This document shows, piece by piece, positions 43,201 through 59,860 of a stretch of DNA of 64,000 bases. The stretch is from NCBI GenBank assembly GCA_963693365.1, contig CAVNZM010000003.1, positions 3,233,106 through 3,297,105 on the forward strand. Reading direction: 5' to 3'. Numbering within the stretch: the first letter of the stretch is position 1; every line of letters starts with the position of its first letter. The stretch comes from Amoebidium appalachense (taxonomy: Eukaryota; Protista; Ichthyosporea). The notes beneath the pieces are model-generated. The model had not been told where the DNA came from. It worked only from the letters and a program-made list of their open reading frames with translations, and searched no databases. A program made the translations under genes and the position numbers.

Positions 43201-43410
43201 AGGCTGGGGGGAGTTCGGTCTGGTGTGGGCCTGGAAAAAGCAGGGCTGGGAAGCAAAGAGACAAGGTGTTTGGATTATTTGTGTATGTGCCTGCCAGGGG
43301 GTTTGACTTCTGCAGAGAAAGGTGGATATTTGTGAACGCGAAGTGGGTACCAGGTTGTGTTAGTGTGTGCGCATACGTGGGGCAGACTGGTGGCTGGGCC
43401 GGCGGGGCGG

Positions 43411-43481
<71 letters not shown>

Positions 43482-44060
43482 GCTTTTAATTTTTTCCTGG
43501 GGGGGGAGGGAGGGGGGGGGGAGGGGGGATGTCCAAAAGGATGGAAATGGGGGGTGGTGGTGGGGTGGGTGGGTGGGGGGGGGGGGGGGGGGGGGGGGAG
43601 GGGCAACAACAACCTAAAAAGTACAATGTGGCTTGCGCAGGTGACGCTCAAGTCAGTCAAGAAAGCCGAGCTATCCCCCCTGAAAAAGAGCGAGAGCACA
43701 GGCACTGTGCTGCCAAAGATCAGCACCCAAACAGCCGTCGTGTCGTCGGTCTCTGTGTCAACTGGAAAGCTGTCTCGGGATGATATGATTCGCTGCTGTG
43801 TGTCGTGGATCAACGTGGTAAGTGGGTGGCCTGTGGGATAGGAGGTGGCGGGTGTGCCTTTCTTTCGTGTGTCCGGGGGCTGCTGGAAGCCATTGACGTG
43901 CGCGTGCTCAGGCACGCACGCGCACACACACACACATACACACCCACACCCACCCACACACCCACCCACACACACACACACACTTCGTGAATACTAACAG
44001 ATATACACCCACACACACGCACACACATCACGTGCATGGGCACTAACAGGTACACCCACC

Positions 44061-44101
<41 letters not shown>

Positions 44102-44667
44102 CATGGCCACTAATACACACACTTTCTCTTCCTCTGCAGGCGCTTGGACAGAGCATCGACAGCAGTGAGTCTGCCCTCAAAGCCGCAGTCAGAGACGGCA
44201 CCCTGCTATGCAGGTGGGTACCAGTGCTCTATTCCTCACGTGCCTCTTTTTTCTCCCTTCTTCCTTCTCCTTCCTCTTTTATGTGTCTCTGCGCCTAGTT
44301 TCAAGCTGGCGGTTATTTGTGTTAACCACATGACGGTTGAGTTTTAATTAGACCTGATACTTTTTCAAAAACATTTTTGTGTTGACTGGTATCTTGTTCT
44401 TTTATAGGCCTTTTTATGATATCTTTTGCCCATCACTATCAGGCAGCGCACTGTTCCTCGCGTTACCTTTATACCTGGTACTCTGGGTCACATTCCCCAA
44501 CCCCCCCCCCCCCCTCCCCCCAGCCCCTCCCCACCCCCTGCCCCCTTCCTACAAACACACACACACACGCTCAGACACTTACGCTCACTTGCTCACTTTC
44601 ACTAACATACACATACATACACACACACACACCTATACACACAAGTGCCACACACACACACACGCAC

Positions 44668-44720
<53 letters not shown>

Positions 44721-45221
44721 ATGTACACACACCATGTGCACACACCATGTACACACACTTACCACCAACACACATCATCCACCATCGCCTTTGAAGAGAA
44801 AAAAGCAATGTACAAGACTTTCATTCAACGTACCAACAAAGGTGATGCCATAGCAAGACCTCCTATATACTAACAGTATATAGTTTATAGTGTTAGTATA
44901 TAGGAGGCCTTGTGCCATAGCCATACTTACAATTAATGGGTTGTGTTCAATGATGGTCATTGCATGTCATACACACCTCACTGCTCTGTTCTCCTTTCTT
45001 CTCTGTTTTCTGACCGTTTCTTCTTTCAATCTGCAGACTCTGCAACAAGGCGGTTTGGGACACGGTGGATGAACGTGCCATCAACACAAGAAACCTGGAG
45101 AGCAAGGAAAAGGTGTGTGTGTATGTGTGTTTGGGGCGGGGAGAGGGAGGGGGAAGGGGGCTTCTTGGGAACATAGGACGTGTTGATGTTGATGCTGCTG
45201 CGTGTGTGTGTGTGTATGCCT

Positions 45222-45260
<39 letters not shown>

Positions 45261-45360
45261 TGTGTTTGTGTGTGTTCGCGTATGTGTGCGCGTGTGTAAG
45301 TGTGTGTGCACACATGTGCTTGTGCGGGTGCGTGCCTGCGCGCAAGCGCTCACACACACA

Positions 45361-45400
<40 letters not shown>

Positions 45401-45777
45401 CGGGTGTGTGTATGTGCCTGCGTGTGCGAGCGCGTGTGTGTACAGGTTTCGTGTGTGCGCGCACACGCACACCTGTTCGTGTCCATTCACACACACAACC
45501 AAGCATGTACACCCTTGCTCATAGACGTACATACTATCCGTGTGTTATAACACAGGCACCGACACTCCTTTACACAGGTCCATGAGAACTTCACGCTTCT
45601 TCTCAACTCTGGCCGTGGCATCGGCTGCAGCTTTGGATCCATAAGGGAGGATGACCTGCTTGCAGGCAGTGCAGACGCCATACTCACTGTTTGCATGCAG
45701 CTGGCAAAGGTAATATAATAAATAATAATAATAATAACCACACACAATCCTTCCCTCTCTCCTTTACCACCACCATA

Positions 45778-45830
<53 letters not shown>

Positions 45831-46351
45831 ACACCACCACCACCACCACCAGAGACACCCGCCCTCCCCCGGACCCCCGACCCCTCCCCCACCCTACCTA
45901 TCATCGCCACGACCTCCTTCTCCCCTAGGACCTAACCACTCCTTTCCTGCTGCCCCCCCCCCCCCCCCCCCCCCCCGGCCCCAGGGACTTTTTGGTTCTT
46001 TGTATGCAGGATCCTCGCAGCTCCTTAAAGCCTTTTTTGCTCACCATCACCCCCTAAAAAAAACATTGGATTTAGGTGTACTTGTATGGCCACAACGTAT
46101 TACAGCATACACATTCTCTCCTGCAACCTTTGTATTTAGGATGGTGGCGAAGATGTGAATTGCGGCACAGACACTGTGTCTCCCCCAACCCTTAAAGTCT
46201 TGTATGTGAGCCTGGCGAAGATGCGTATTGCAGCACACATAACCTTGCATTTTAGCTTTGGGTTGGCCACTGATGTTACCGCATTCACATGGATTTGCTC
46301 TGACTTCAACATACTCACTCGCTGTTTATCATCTCTAGTGTTTTTTGTTTT

Positions 46352-46399
<48 letters not shown>

Positions 46400-46835
46400 A
46401 TACACATGTATTTTTGCTGACTTCAACACTCCCCCCACCACACACAGGCGGCAGCCACACGCAAGGTAGCCATCAGCTACACTAACAAGCAGCCCACCCG
46501 GCAGAGGTGTGTGGCCTGCTCAAACAGCCCGGCAACACACTATGCTACCCTCTCCCCCACACAGGTATTGTTACTCTACCATCATCCCCAAAACTCTAGA
46601 ATGTACTTTGCTCCCCGGGGTGTAATGTAATTATCCCTTGGTGCCTGCCCCCGCCTTTTTTCTGGCATTCTTGCTTTATCCATCCTTCCCCCCCCCCCCC
46701 CCCCCCGGGGGGGGGGGGGGGGGCTTTTGTGGTTGCTTTATTCCCTCCTTTGCTTTTCCTTCAACTTTTCATGGTTTCTTCTTCTTCGTCTTCTTCCTCT
46801 TCTCGATCTTTTTTTTTTCTATTTGTTTTTTTGGT

Positions 46836-46868
<33 letters not shown>

Positions 46869-46897
46869 GGGCAGCACTTTGCGTACGTCTAACCACC

Positions 46898-46972
<75 letters not shown>

Positions 46973-47698
46973 CTGCAGGTGGTTTGCGGTGAGTGCCTGC
47001 ACGAGCCAAGCACGGTATTCTCCATCCTGGGTGTCTGGGGATCGCCCAAGAACGCAACAGACACCACTACTACCGCCACACCACCACAACAACAACCCTC
47101 TTCTTCGAAGCCCATGCACACAGTGTCTTTGGATGACCTGGACTCGTACGAGGCTAGGGCTGCTGCAAGGGCAAGGGCACGGATGGAGGAGCAGAGGGTA
47201 TGTGCTTATTGTGGCTGTAGGGGTGGTGGTGTTGTGGTGCACGGCAAAGGAGGGGGAGGAGGGGGGTGGGAGAGGGGGGCGGGGAATGGGGAAGGGGAAA
47301 GAAAGCAGGAAACCAGGGGTTGGGGGGGAGAGGATAGAGGGGGGGAGGGGGGAGTTTCAATGGTTGTGTAGGGCATGTGTTGAGTGTGGCTGGGTGGTTA
47401 CTGATGGAGTTTCGATTGAGAGAAATGGTTTGGGGGGGATTGGCGGGTTGGGACGTGAAGAACGGATGGGGGGGGCTGCGGATCCACGGAATAGGGTGTG
47501 GGGGACCGGGGGAGGGGGGAGGGGGGGATGGTTACGAAATCCTTTCAGACCAACCAGATATCACCTTGCGACCCACCACCCACCTCATTCCCACCAAAAG
47601 GGCGTTTCTCATGGTCGCTGATCCCTAACGTACACTCTCACACACACTTCAACCCCCTCCCACGACCTTCAACGTTTCCCACATCCCCCTCCCACCCA

Positions 47699-47750
<52 letters not shown>

Positions 47751-48219
47751 GCGCGCACACACACGCACATACACACTCAAAAACACCCCCCCTCCCACCC
47801 CACCCCCCCCACCCCAAACCAACCCACACGTACACGTACACACACAGGCCAACACCTCTGCAGCCAAAGACCTCTTCAAGAAAGCCGATGCAGCCACCAA
47901 CCCAACCCCCCGTGCCCGTAGCCCCATGCAGGCCACGGGTGGGCCCCAGGCTGCCCTCCTACGCTGGGTGCAGGCAAAGACCTTCGGATATGATGGTGTA
48001 GATGTGAGAGATTTCAGCGAGAGCTGGAACAATGGTATAGGAACATTCTCTCCCCCCCCCCCCCCCCCCCCCCCCCTCTCCCACTTCCCCCTCCTGCCTT
48101 TGTGACGTTTTATGTTTGGTCCTTTGGTGTCTCCTCCATGTTTCCAATCCTATAATGCATACGGCACCCTCCTCCACCCCCTCCTCCTCTTCTCTCTCCC
48201 TCTCCCTCCCTCCCTCCCT

Positions 48220-48317
<98 letters not shown>

Positions 48318-48433
48318 AAAAAAAAAAAGGAAAAAAAAAAAAGAAAAGAAGAAAAAATAACGAAACTCAATGACAGTTGGGAGCCCATGCTGAAGGGACA
48401 CCCGATATCTCCTTCCTTTCTGTGCTTGTATAT

Positions 48434-48489
<56 letters not shown>

Positions 48490-48588
48490 GCATGCGTGTG
48501 TGTGTGTGTGTGTGTGGGGGGGGGGGGGGTCGAGTTGTCTGGAGGTTGTCTGGTGGTTGTCTGTGTATGCTAACCCCCATCCCCCCCA

Positions 48589-48621
<33 letters not shown>

Positions 48622-48933
48622 TTCCCCACACACACATACATACCGACCCACCCCCCATCCCTCCCTCCCCCACCCTCCCCCCCCCCCCCCCCCCCCCCCT
48701 TCCCAGGCCTGGCTTTCTGTGCGCTTATGGCAACGCTTGTGGGGGACGAGCAGATCGGGTTCGAGAAACTGACCGCAGGTAACAAGGCGGAGAACTTTGA
48801 GCGGGCATTTAAGGTCGCTGAGGCAAACGGGGTCCCACGGTTCCTGGATGTTGCTGACATGGTTGCCATGACTCGACCCGACCCATTTAGCGTTATGACC
48901 TACGTGTCCTCAATCTACCAGGCACTGAAGTGA
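40202..48933 (+). CDS. Smoothelin-like actin-binding protein with two smoothelin-type repeats, an internal fimbrin/plastin-type CH domain, a CxxC..CxxC motif and a C-terminal smoothelin-type CH domain; 11 exons, ~832 aa
   Basis: Exons 40202-41299, 41961-42071, 42758-42838, 43641-43817, 44140-44213, 45037-45112, 45578-45709, 46448-46564, 46979-47197, 47848-48034, 48707-48933, all GT-AG and in phase (2499 nt). Repeats: LQAKIEAAATYEERAALRARMRELK and LQAMIDQAETYEERSELRARLRALK. C-terminal CH: [34 protein letters not shown]...ENFERAFKVAE..GVPRFLDVADMV...PDPFSVMTYVSSIY. Confidence 0.88.
42931..43084. mobile_element. ~150-bp MITE with imperfect TIRs and TTAA/ATAA flanks (Kolobok-like)
   Basis: ttaa|agggcttcctttt ... 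aaagaagccccct|ataa. Subterminal inverted pair cgggtcaggcc (42969) / ggtctgacccg (43044). Confidence 0.6.
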
Positions 48934-49132
48934 GCGCGAACATTTGCGTTGCAACCAACCATTGGTGGGAACGTCATGCTTGTCGCATGCCTGTCATCGG
49001 ATTCGGGTTATTTTCTGTGAAAAATCCACTCGAACGTACGGATGGGTTTGGAACTTACATGTACACCATGGTATCCTACGCACAGTGAGTGACTTTTTGT
49101 TATGTTGTATAAATACCATGACGTAGTTTGTC

Positions 49133-49163
<31 letters not shown>

Positions 49164-49682
49164 GTTAGTCATTTCTTATGGAAGCTATACCGCAAGTCTG
49201 GGTTAGCTGGTACCAGGTCCCAAAGCCGCATATTCAAGGTGATCGATCAGGTGTATTGCCTTAAGTTGGCCTTGCCAGAGTATATCAATGTAGCTACATA
49301 TATGATGGACTGAATATGGTCCACAACACATCTGTACTATGTGCCAGTGTATACCGAATATTGTGCAGCAGAACTTCAGGACATGCTCGTTTGTGTTGGC
49401 ACATTTCGTTTTCTACCTTCTCTTATGCTGTTTTCTTTTTTTAAAAAAAACTTTGCGAGCGCCCGTGTGTTTGTGTTGCAGCGTCCCCTGCGAAAAACGC
49501 ATATTGTATTCTGTTCGTCTTTGAGAATATATGGTTGGCCCATTTTTATAAATTCAAAAAACTTTATAAACCTCCCTGCCACAGAATAAGTACAACTTAC
49601 CAACTTGCCATGCCACACCGGCCGGGGCTCAAATGCTTACGCACGTGTACACACACGTCCACACCATGATTGAGATATATGG

Positions 49683-49726
<44 letters not shown>

Positions 49727-50665
49727 CACACAAGCACACACACACTGACACACAGTCCCTCCCATGGCTGTCCTTGGCCATGTACATGTGCATGCACGAT
49801 TGTGTGCGAACTAAGTAAACATCTCGAGCTCTCTCCTGCCCCTATCCTTCACTCTTGTGTTCAGACACGATGTGTCTTAAATTGCACTCGCATACATGGT
49901 GGACACACTCACTCCTACACACATGCACACACGTTTGCACACACACGTGCATGCACGCGTGCTGGCGTAGTCAATATGATATCTTAAATTTCAAAATTCC
50001 AATGCGCAGAGATCTGCTAGCATTGTTGCGGTACCCATATGCCACATGACATGATACATCCCATGCAAGAAATACATAGTTATAAGGGGGCGGGGGTGGC
50101 CGTTATGGGTACACATGTTTGCTCAAGTGCCGCGTGACAACAGCATAATGGTTTTTGGCACTGGCTGAGTTTAAACTTTGTAGCGCTGTTATCACCCCTC
50201 AAGAGCGCTTTTTGGCTGTTATCTATAAATTTCCTAAAAGCTTATACTATACTAGGTATATTGCTTTGTAGAAATAATAGTCCTGCAGGCAGTGCTGCAG
50301 CCAAAAATCGTTTTCCGACAAGGGGACAAAACTAACCTTTTATGGTTAGCCACCTGCCAAAAATGGCGCCTAAATAGTTGGCTCAGTCAAAGTTTTGATT
50401 GGGTAGCACCTGCCATCATGCTGTGCACAACCCACCCGAAGAGTTTGGGAGGGGTCTATTAAAGTTTGGAGAGTAGACTACGGTAACTTATTCTGCCAAG
50501 AACTTGCACCGACCAACAAATCGTGCGCGATCTGACTGATTAGCCATATATGGAAATTTGGGCGGGAAGTTTTGGCGCGCAAAAAAAAGCTTCATAAAAC
50601 CACTAAAGAATATTACTAAAGCCTTTTTGTAGTTGGCATGTGCCAGTTGAAATCATTGGGCAGTG

Positions 50666-50718
<53 letters not shown>

Positions 50719-50780
50719 CACTGTGTGTGTGTGTGTGTGTGTGCCACTGTGTGTGTGTGTGTGCGTGCATGCGTGTGTGC

Positions 50781-50843
<63 letters not shown>

Positions 50844-50877
50844 CGCGCGCGTGTGCGTGTGCGTGTGTGTGTGTGTG

Positions 50878-50920
<43 letters not shown>

Positions 50921-50961
50921 GTGTGTGTGCGCGCGCGTGCGCGTGTGTAGGTTTGTGTGTG

Positions 50962-55013
<4,052 letters not shown>

Positions 55014-55018
55014 GGACT

Positions 55019-55070
<52 letters not shown>

Positions 55071-55111
55071 TGTGTGTGATCATATGTAGTGGTGGTGGTG
55101 GTGGTGGTGCA

Positions 55112-55150
<39 letters not shown>

Positions 55151-56122
55151 TGCAGTACACAATTTGCAATCATGACTGCAGCGGAAAACAGAGATATCTG
55201 CGAGCACATGAAGCGTGTGCAAAAAAGAGACTTCACGTCAGGGCTGCCCACATTCACTAGGGTGTCCCAGACACCCGGGGCGAGCAAGTGAAGGAGTGAC
55301 ACATATCAGATGGTGTAAAAATAATACCACCACCACATATTATCATGTGCAGTTAATCGTATTAGCACCCCTTGTATCATTAGTCTTAGACTATTCAAAC
55401 ACTGTTAATCGTACACAAGACGTGCCAATGTTTTGTTATTAGCTTACTCAATTATGTGCCTATTTTCCGAAATTTCACGCTTGGTGATATCCGAGTTGGT
55501 GGATACCCCCACAATATAACTAGCTGGTCGCACCTGTTCCGTTTCACCGGTCTACTCGTATCATATGTCTATACTGCTAGCGAGAAAATTAAAAGAGAGA
55601 ATCCCCGCTGTAACATTACGGTACACTTCTTAGGCTAAGTGATACACTGTTGCACACTTCTTCCTTAGGCTACAGATTCGCACACTGTCAGCTATCCCTA
55701 GATTTTTGAACAGTGATCTCACCCCCCCCCCTCCCCCCTCAAGGCGTTTTTCCACTCTAGACACAGGCACATGTATAACGCCTTTTCTTATAACAAGTCT
55801 TTCTAAACCCACATCAGTAAAAATACACTACATGATCCACTAGCATTCACAAAGTCACAAAGAGCACCCACAACACTGCACACAGGCAGGTAACGTAACG
55901 TGCACACCATGTAAATATATCTCGCTAATATCCTATTTACCGCTGAAGCAAATATTCCCAGACTTTACCAAATGTCCGGTCTAATACGCACCGGGCACAC
56001 ACGCACAAGCACACATATCCTGTGCATGCATGCATGAAACTAAAATATACCATACTAATTTGCTACTATAACACATAAATTCATCCAACCGTTGAACCTA
56101 CCTACACACAATCCCCTTTTTC

Positions 56123-57141
56123 TTATTCCGTCGCATGACACACGACTGGTACCGTCTTACTGCTACTAGCCGTCCTTTTGAAAAACGAGAATTTCTTCTT
56201 GGATTCCGCAGGTTTCTCCGTTAGGCTCCCATAGCCTTGTTGCTCGCTAGACGATGGCTTTTCCTTGTGTCCAAAAAGACTGAATTTACTTCCCAATTTC
56301 CCTGTTTCCTCGTCTTTATGTTCCTCTTCCCCCTTGACCGGCGCCGGTAAACTCTTAGCGGGGCTCTTCGGGGCCACATGTTCCACGTTCGGAGATTTTT
56401 CCGGATTTCCGGATGTGCTTGCTTCCTCAGAGGCCGGTACCAATTTGTAACCCAAGAATTTCCGCAATGAGCCCCCCTCCCTCGAACCACCGAGAATTTT
56501 CCCGATCGATCCATCCTCTTCCCTTCCCGGCTCCTCCTCCCCCGACTCCTCGTGGGACTTAAAGCTGGATCCCCTCGACCCCCTGGACCCCCGAGACCCA
56601 CGGAAACTCTTCCTCCAGCTAAAAACCCCCCCACCCTTCTTTTCTTGGTGTTCTAATTCGGGGGGTACCCTGAACCGTTCTAATTGCCAAAAGGGCCTTC
56701 GCCGTAGACATGTTCAGAGCGCCGGTTTTCAACCCGTCCAGTAAATATTGGATAAACTTATCGTCTTCGGTGAAATTTCCGTCTATCCCGTCTATTAAAG
56801 TGAGATATTGCTTATTGGGGACGGATAGAGAGGTCGCTCGGAACGACCTCTGCTTGACGTTTTCCCGCGTGAGTCCGAGAGTCGCGTTTGATTGGTTGGA
56901 CGAGAGGGAGATTCTCGCGCCGGGGGTCAAATTTGTTGATTGGGTGGGTGCGGAGACGCGGTAGCCCAAATTAGGCATTGAATTTGCGTTTCGGAGGGGG
57001 TCTTTGGTCGCCGTGGGGGGGTCTGGTTTGGTTTGCGGTTCGTCGTCCTCCCGGTTGCACGGGTACGTGAGCATGACACAGCAGCTGTCTTTGGTGTTGG
57101 GACCGTGGGCATTGAGCTCATGGCCCTGTGTGTGTGTGTGG

Positions 57142-57173
<32 letters not shown>

Positions 57174-57235
57174 GGGGGGGGGGGGAGAGAGATGTGTATG
57201 TGTGTTGGGGGGGGGGGGGGGGGGGAGGGGAGTGT

Positions 57236-57266
<31 letters not shown>

Positions 57267-57589
57267 GGGGGGCAGGTTGGAGGTGTAAGGGGGAGGGGAA
57301 GGGGAATTAGAATGTGGTACAGAGCACGAAGCACACCTTCACAACAGGCGGAGGAAGAGGGGGGAGGGGGGAGAGGGGGAGAGGGGGAGGGGGTGGGGAA
57401 AGGTGGCGGGGAGGCGGGGAGGTGGGGGAGGCGGGGAGGTGTGTGTGTGGGGAGGGAGAAGGCAGGATGGGGTGCCGGGGGGGGGGGGGGGGAAGGAGGG
57501 GGGGGAGGTGTGTGTGTTTGTGTGTGTGTGTGTGTTTGTGTGTGTGTGTTTGTGCATAATCTGCGAGTGCATGTTTTCAAGGAAGGGAG

Positions 57590-57621
<32 letters not shown>

Positions 57622-58608
57622 TGCTTGGGGGGAGGGGCGAGGAGGGGAGGTTAGAATGCGGAAAGCCGTAAGAATGGGGGGGGGGGGGGGGGGGGGGGGG
57701 GAGGGGGGGGGGAGGGGAAGGTGCGAGTGTGTGTGCATGTTTGCGACGAAAAGAGGTATTTGTGTGTGTGTACGTATGTGTGTATATAAGTGCACGTACT
57801 TGAGGGTGTGTGTATGTGTACGCCTGTGTGTGTGCCCATGTTTGGGCAAATTGTGCCAGTAAGTGGGTGAGTTGATTAAGTGAATGAGAGGGTGAGTGCG
57901 CGTGCGCGCGCGTGTGTGCGTGTGTGCGCGCGGGTGTGCATATGTGTCCATGCATATGTGTACACGTGTGCATGTGTACTTAGGGATGAGGGGAGTGTGA
58001 GAGGGGGCAGGGGTGGTGTGCGCGCAGGCGTATTCGTGTGCACACTCGAGTTTACGTGTGTTTGTGTGGCTAGACGGATCCGTGTGAGTGCTGTTTCAAT
58101 CATGCGGCAATCTATTTGCATGTGTGTGCTCATGCGTGAAGGGGTTTGGCTACTGAGGCGTATGTACAGACACGTGCACCGCCTTGGATATGTATACCAG
58201 CTCGTGTGGGAAGGTAGGAAGGACTGGGGGGAGGGGGGGGGGGGGGGGGGGGTTAATAGAGAACGATGTACACATTCATAACGAACAACACGATGCAGAG
58301 TGCGAAGCACACATTAAAAGTATGCGGTGGTGGTGCTGGTGGTGGTGCCACGGTGGTGTGTATGTGTGTGTGGAGGAGGGGGGGGGGAGGGGGGGGAATC
58401 AAGGTGGGAAAGAGATAAACACCATTTGCAAATAGATAAGCTCAGGCACGAGCACATACACCAAACACACTAAACACGCACACACACACACACAGACACA
58501 TGCACACACACACACACACACGCACACACACACACACACACCACCGTCATACCTTTAAATACTGCACTAGCTGTGGAATAGTCCGAAACACGCACACGCA
58601 CGTGCGCG

Positions 58609-58640
<32 letters not shown>

Positions 58641-59145
58641 CACACACCCACACCCACACCCACAGACACCACGGTCATACCTTAAAGAACTGTACTAGCT
58701 GTGGAATAGTCCGAAAGGAGCTTGACGGCTGTGTGACATAGTAGTATCCATCCTCAGGTGTCTTTAAAAACAAACAGTGGAAGTACTGTGTGCCGCAATA
58801 CATGGACAGGCAGTATTGCCCCACCACAGATGCAGACTCTCGCACGAGAAACACGGCATCTTTGGGCCCTCTCCTCCCTGCATACATGAGAAAAAATATA
58901 TGAGATGAACGTGCGAGGAGGATTCTAGACAGCTGTTTGGGTTTCACTTATTACTTCGTCTGCTTCAGGCGCCATCTGTTAACCAGGAGACATATATCCC
59001 CCCTCCCCCCTCCCCCCCCCCTTGTAACCCACCCCATGAGACTGTCTTATATACTCCGCCCTGCATGCACGGCAGTATCGTGAAGATTGTCCTTGTGTGT
59101 TGTACGTATGTGGGAGTGTGGTGTGCGTGTGTGTGTGTGTGTGTC

Positions 59146-59192
<47 letters not shown>

Positions 59193-59418
59193 CACAGTGT
59201 GTGTGTGTGTGTGTGTATCTGTGGATCTGTGTGTGTGTGTGTGTGCATCTGTGTATCTGTGTGTGTGTGTGTGCATCTATGTATCTGTGTGTGTGTGTGT
59301 GTGTGTGTGCCCCAGCGCGTCTGTATTGGTACCTAAGGAAGCCAAAGGGGTGTCTGGGCAGCTTGGTAAAAACGAGCTTTTCAAAGTTTGGTGTGTGAGT
59401 TTTCAGGCGCATCTGTGT

Positions 59419-59479
<61 letters not shown>

Positions 59480-59860
59480 CGTGTGCGTGCGTGTGTGTGT
59501 GTATGTGTGTATGGGTGTATGTGCGCGCATGTGCTCGCCAGTGTGTGAGAGAATGCATATGTTGGAGCACGGGTATGCATGCATGCACATGCGTGCTCTA
59601 ACGTGTGCTCATCCACGTGCGTGCTTACACGCTTGTGTGACCGTACGTGTACCCTTCCATGGCATAGTACGCAGTACAAGTTTGTGCGAGCACGTGTGTT
59701 TCCAACACGTGCACCCATCATAAAACACAAGACGGAGGGCAAACACGCGCACGCACACACCTATTCGTTTTGCCGTGACCGCCAGTAGAGCCTCTGCTTG
59801 CTCTCTCGCTATCTGCCCGTGGAACCACAGCTCTTGTCCAAGCTCCTTGTTACCCGCCAT
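56123..59860 (-). CDS. SH2-domain protein with a long low-complexity C-terminus; 3 exons, one apparent +1 frameshift near 56660-56690
   Basis: Exons 59761-59860 ([26 protein letters not shown]), 58681-58877 ([20 protein letters not shown]...[12 protein letters not shown]) and 56123-57125 (GHELNAHG...CCVMLTYPC...). GT-AG and in phase. WFHG and FLVRES are SH2 signatures. The open downstream frame ...[28 protein letters not shown]...HATE* needs one base removed. Confidence 0.88.
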
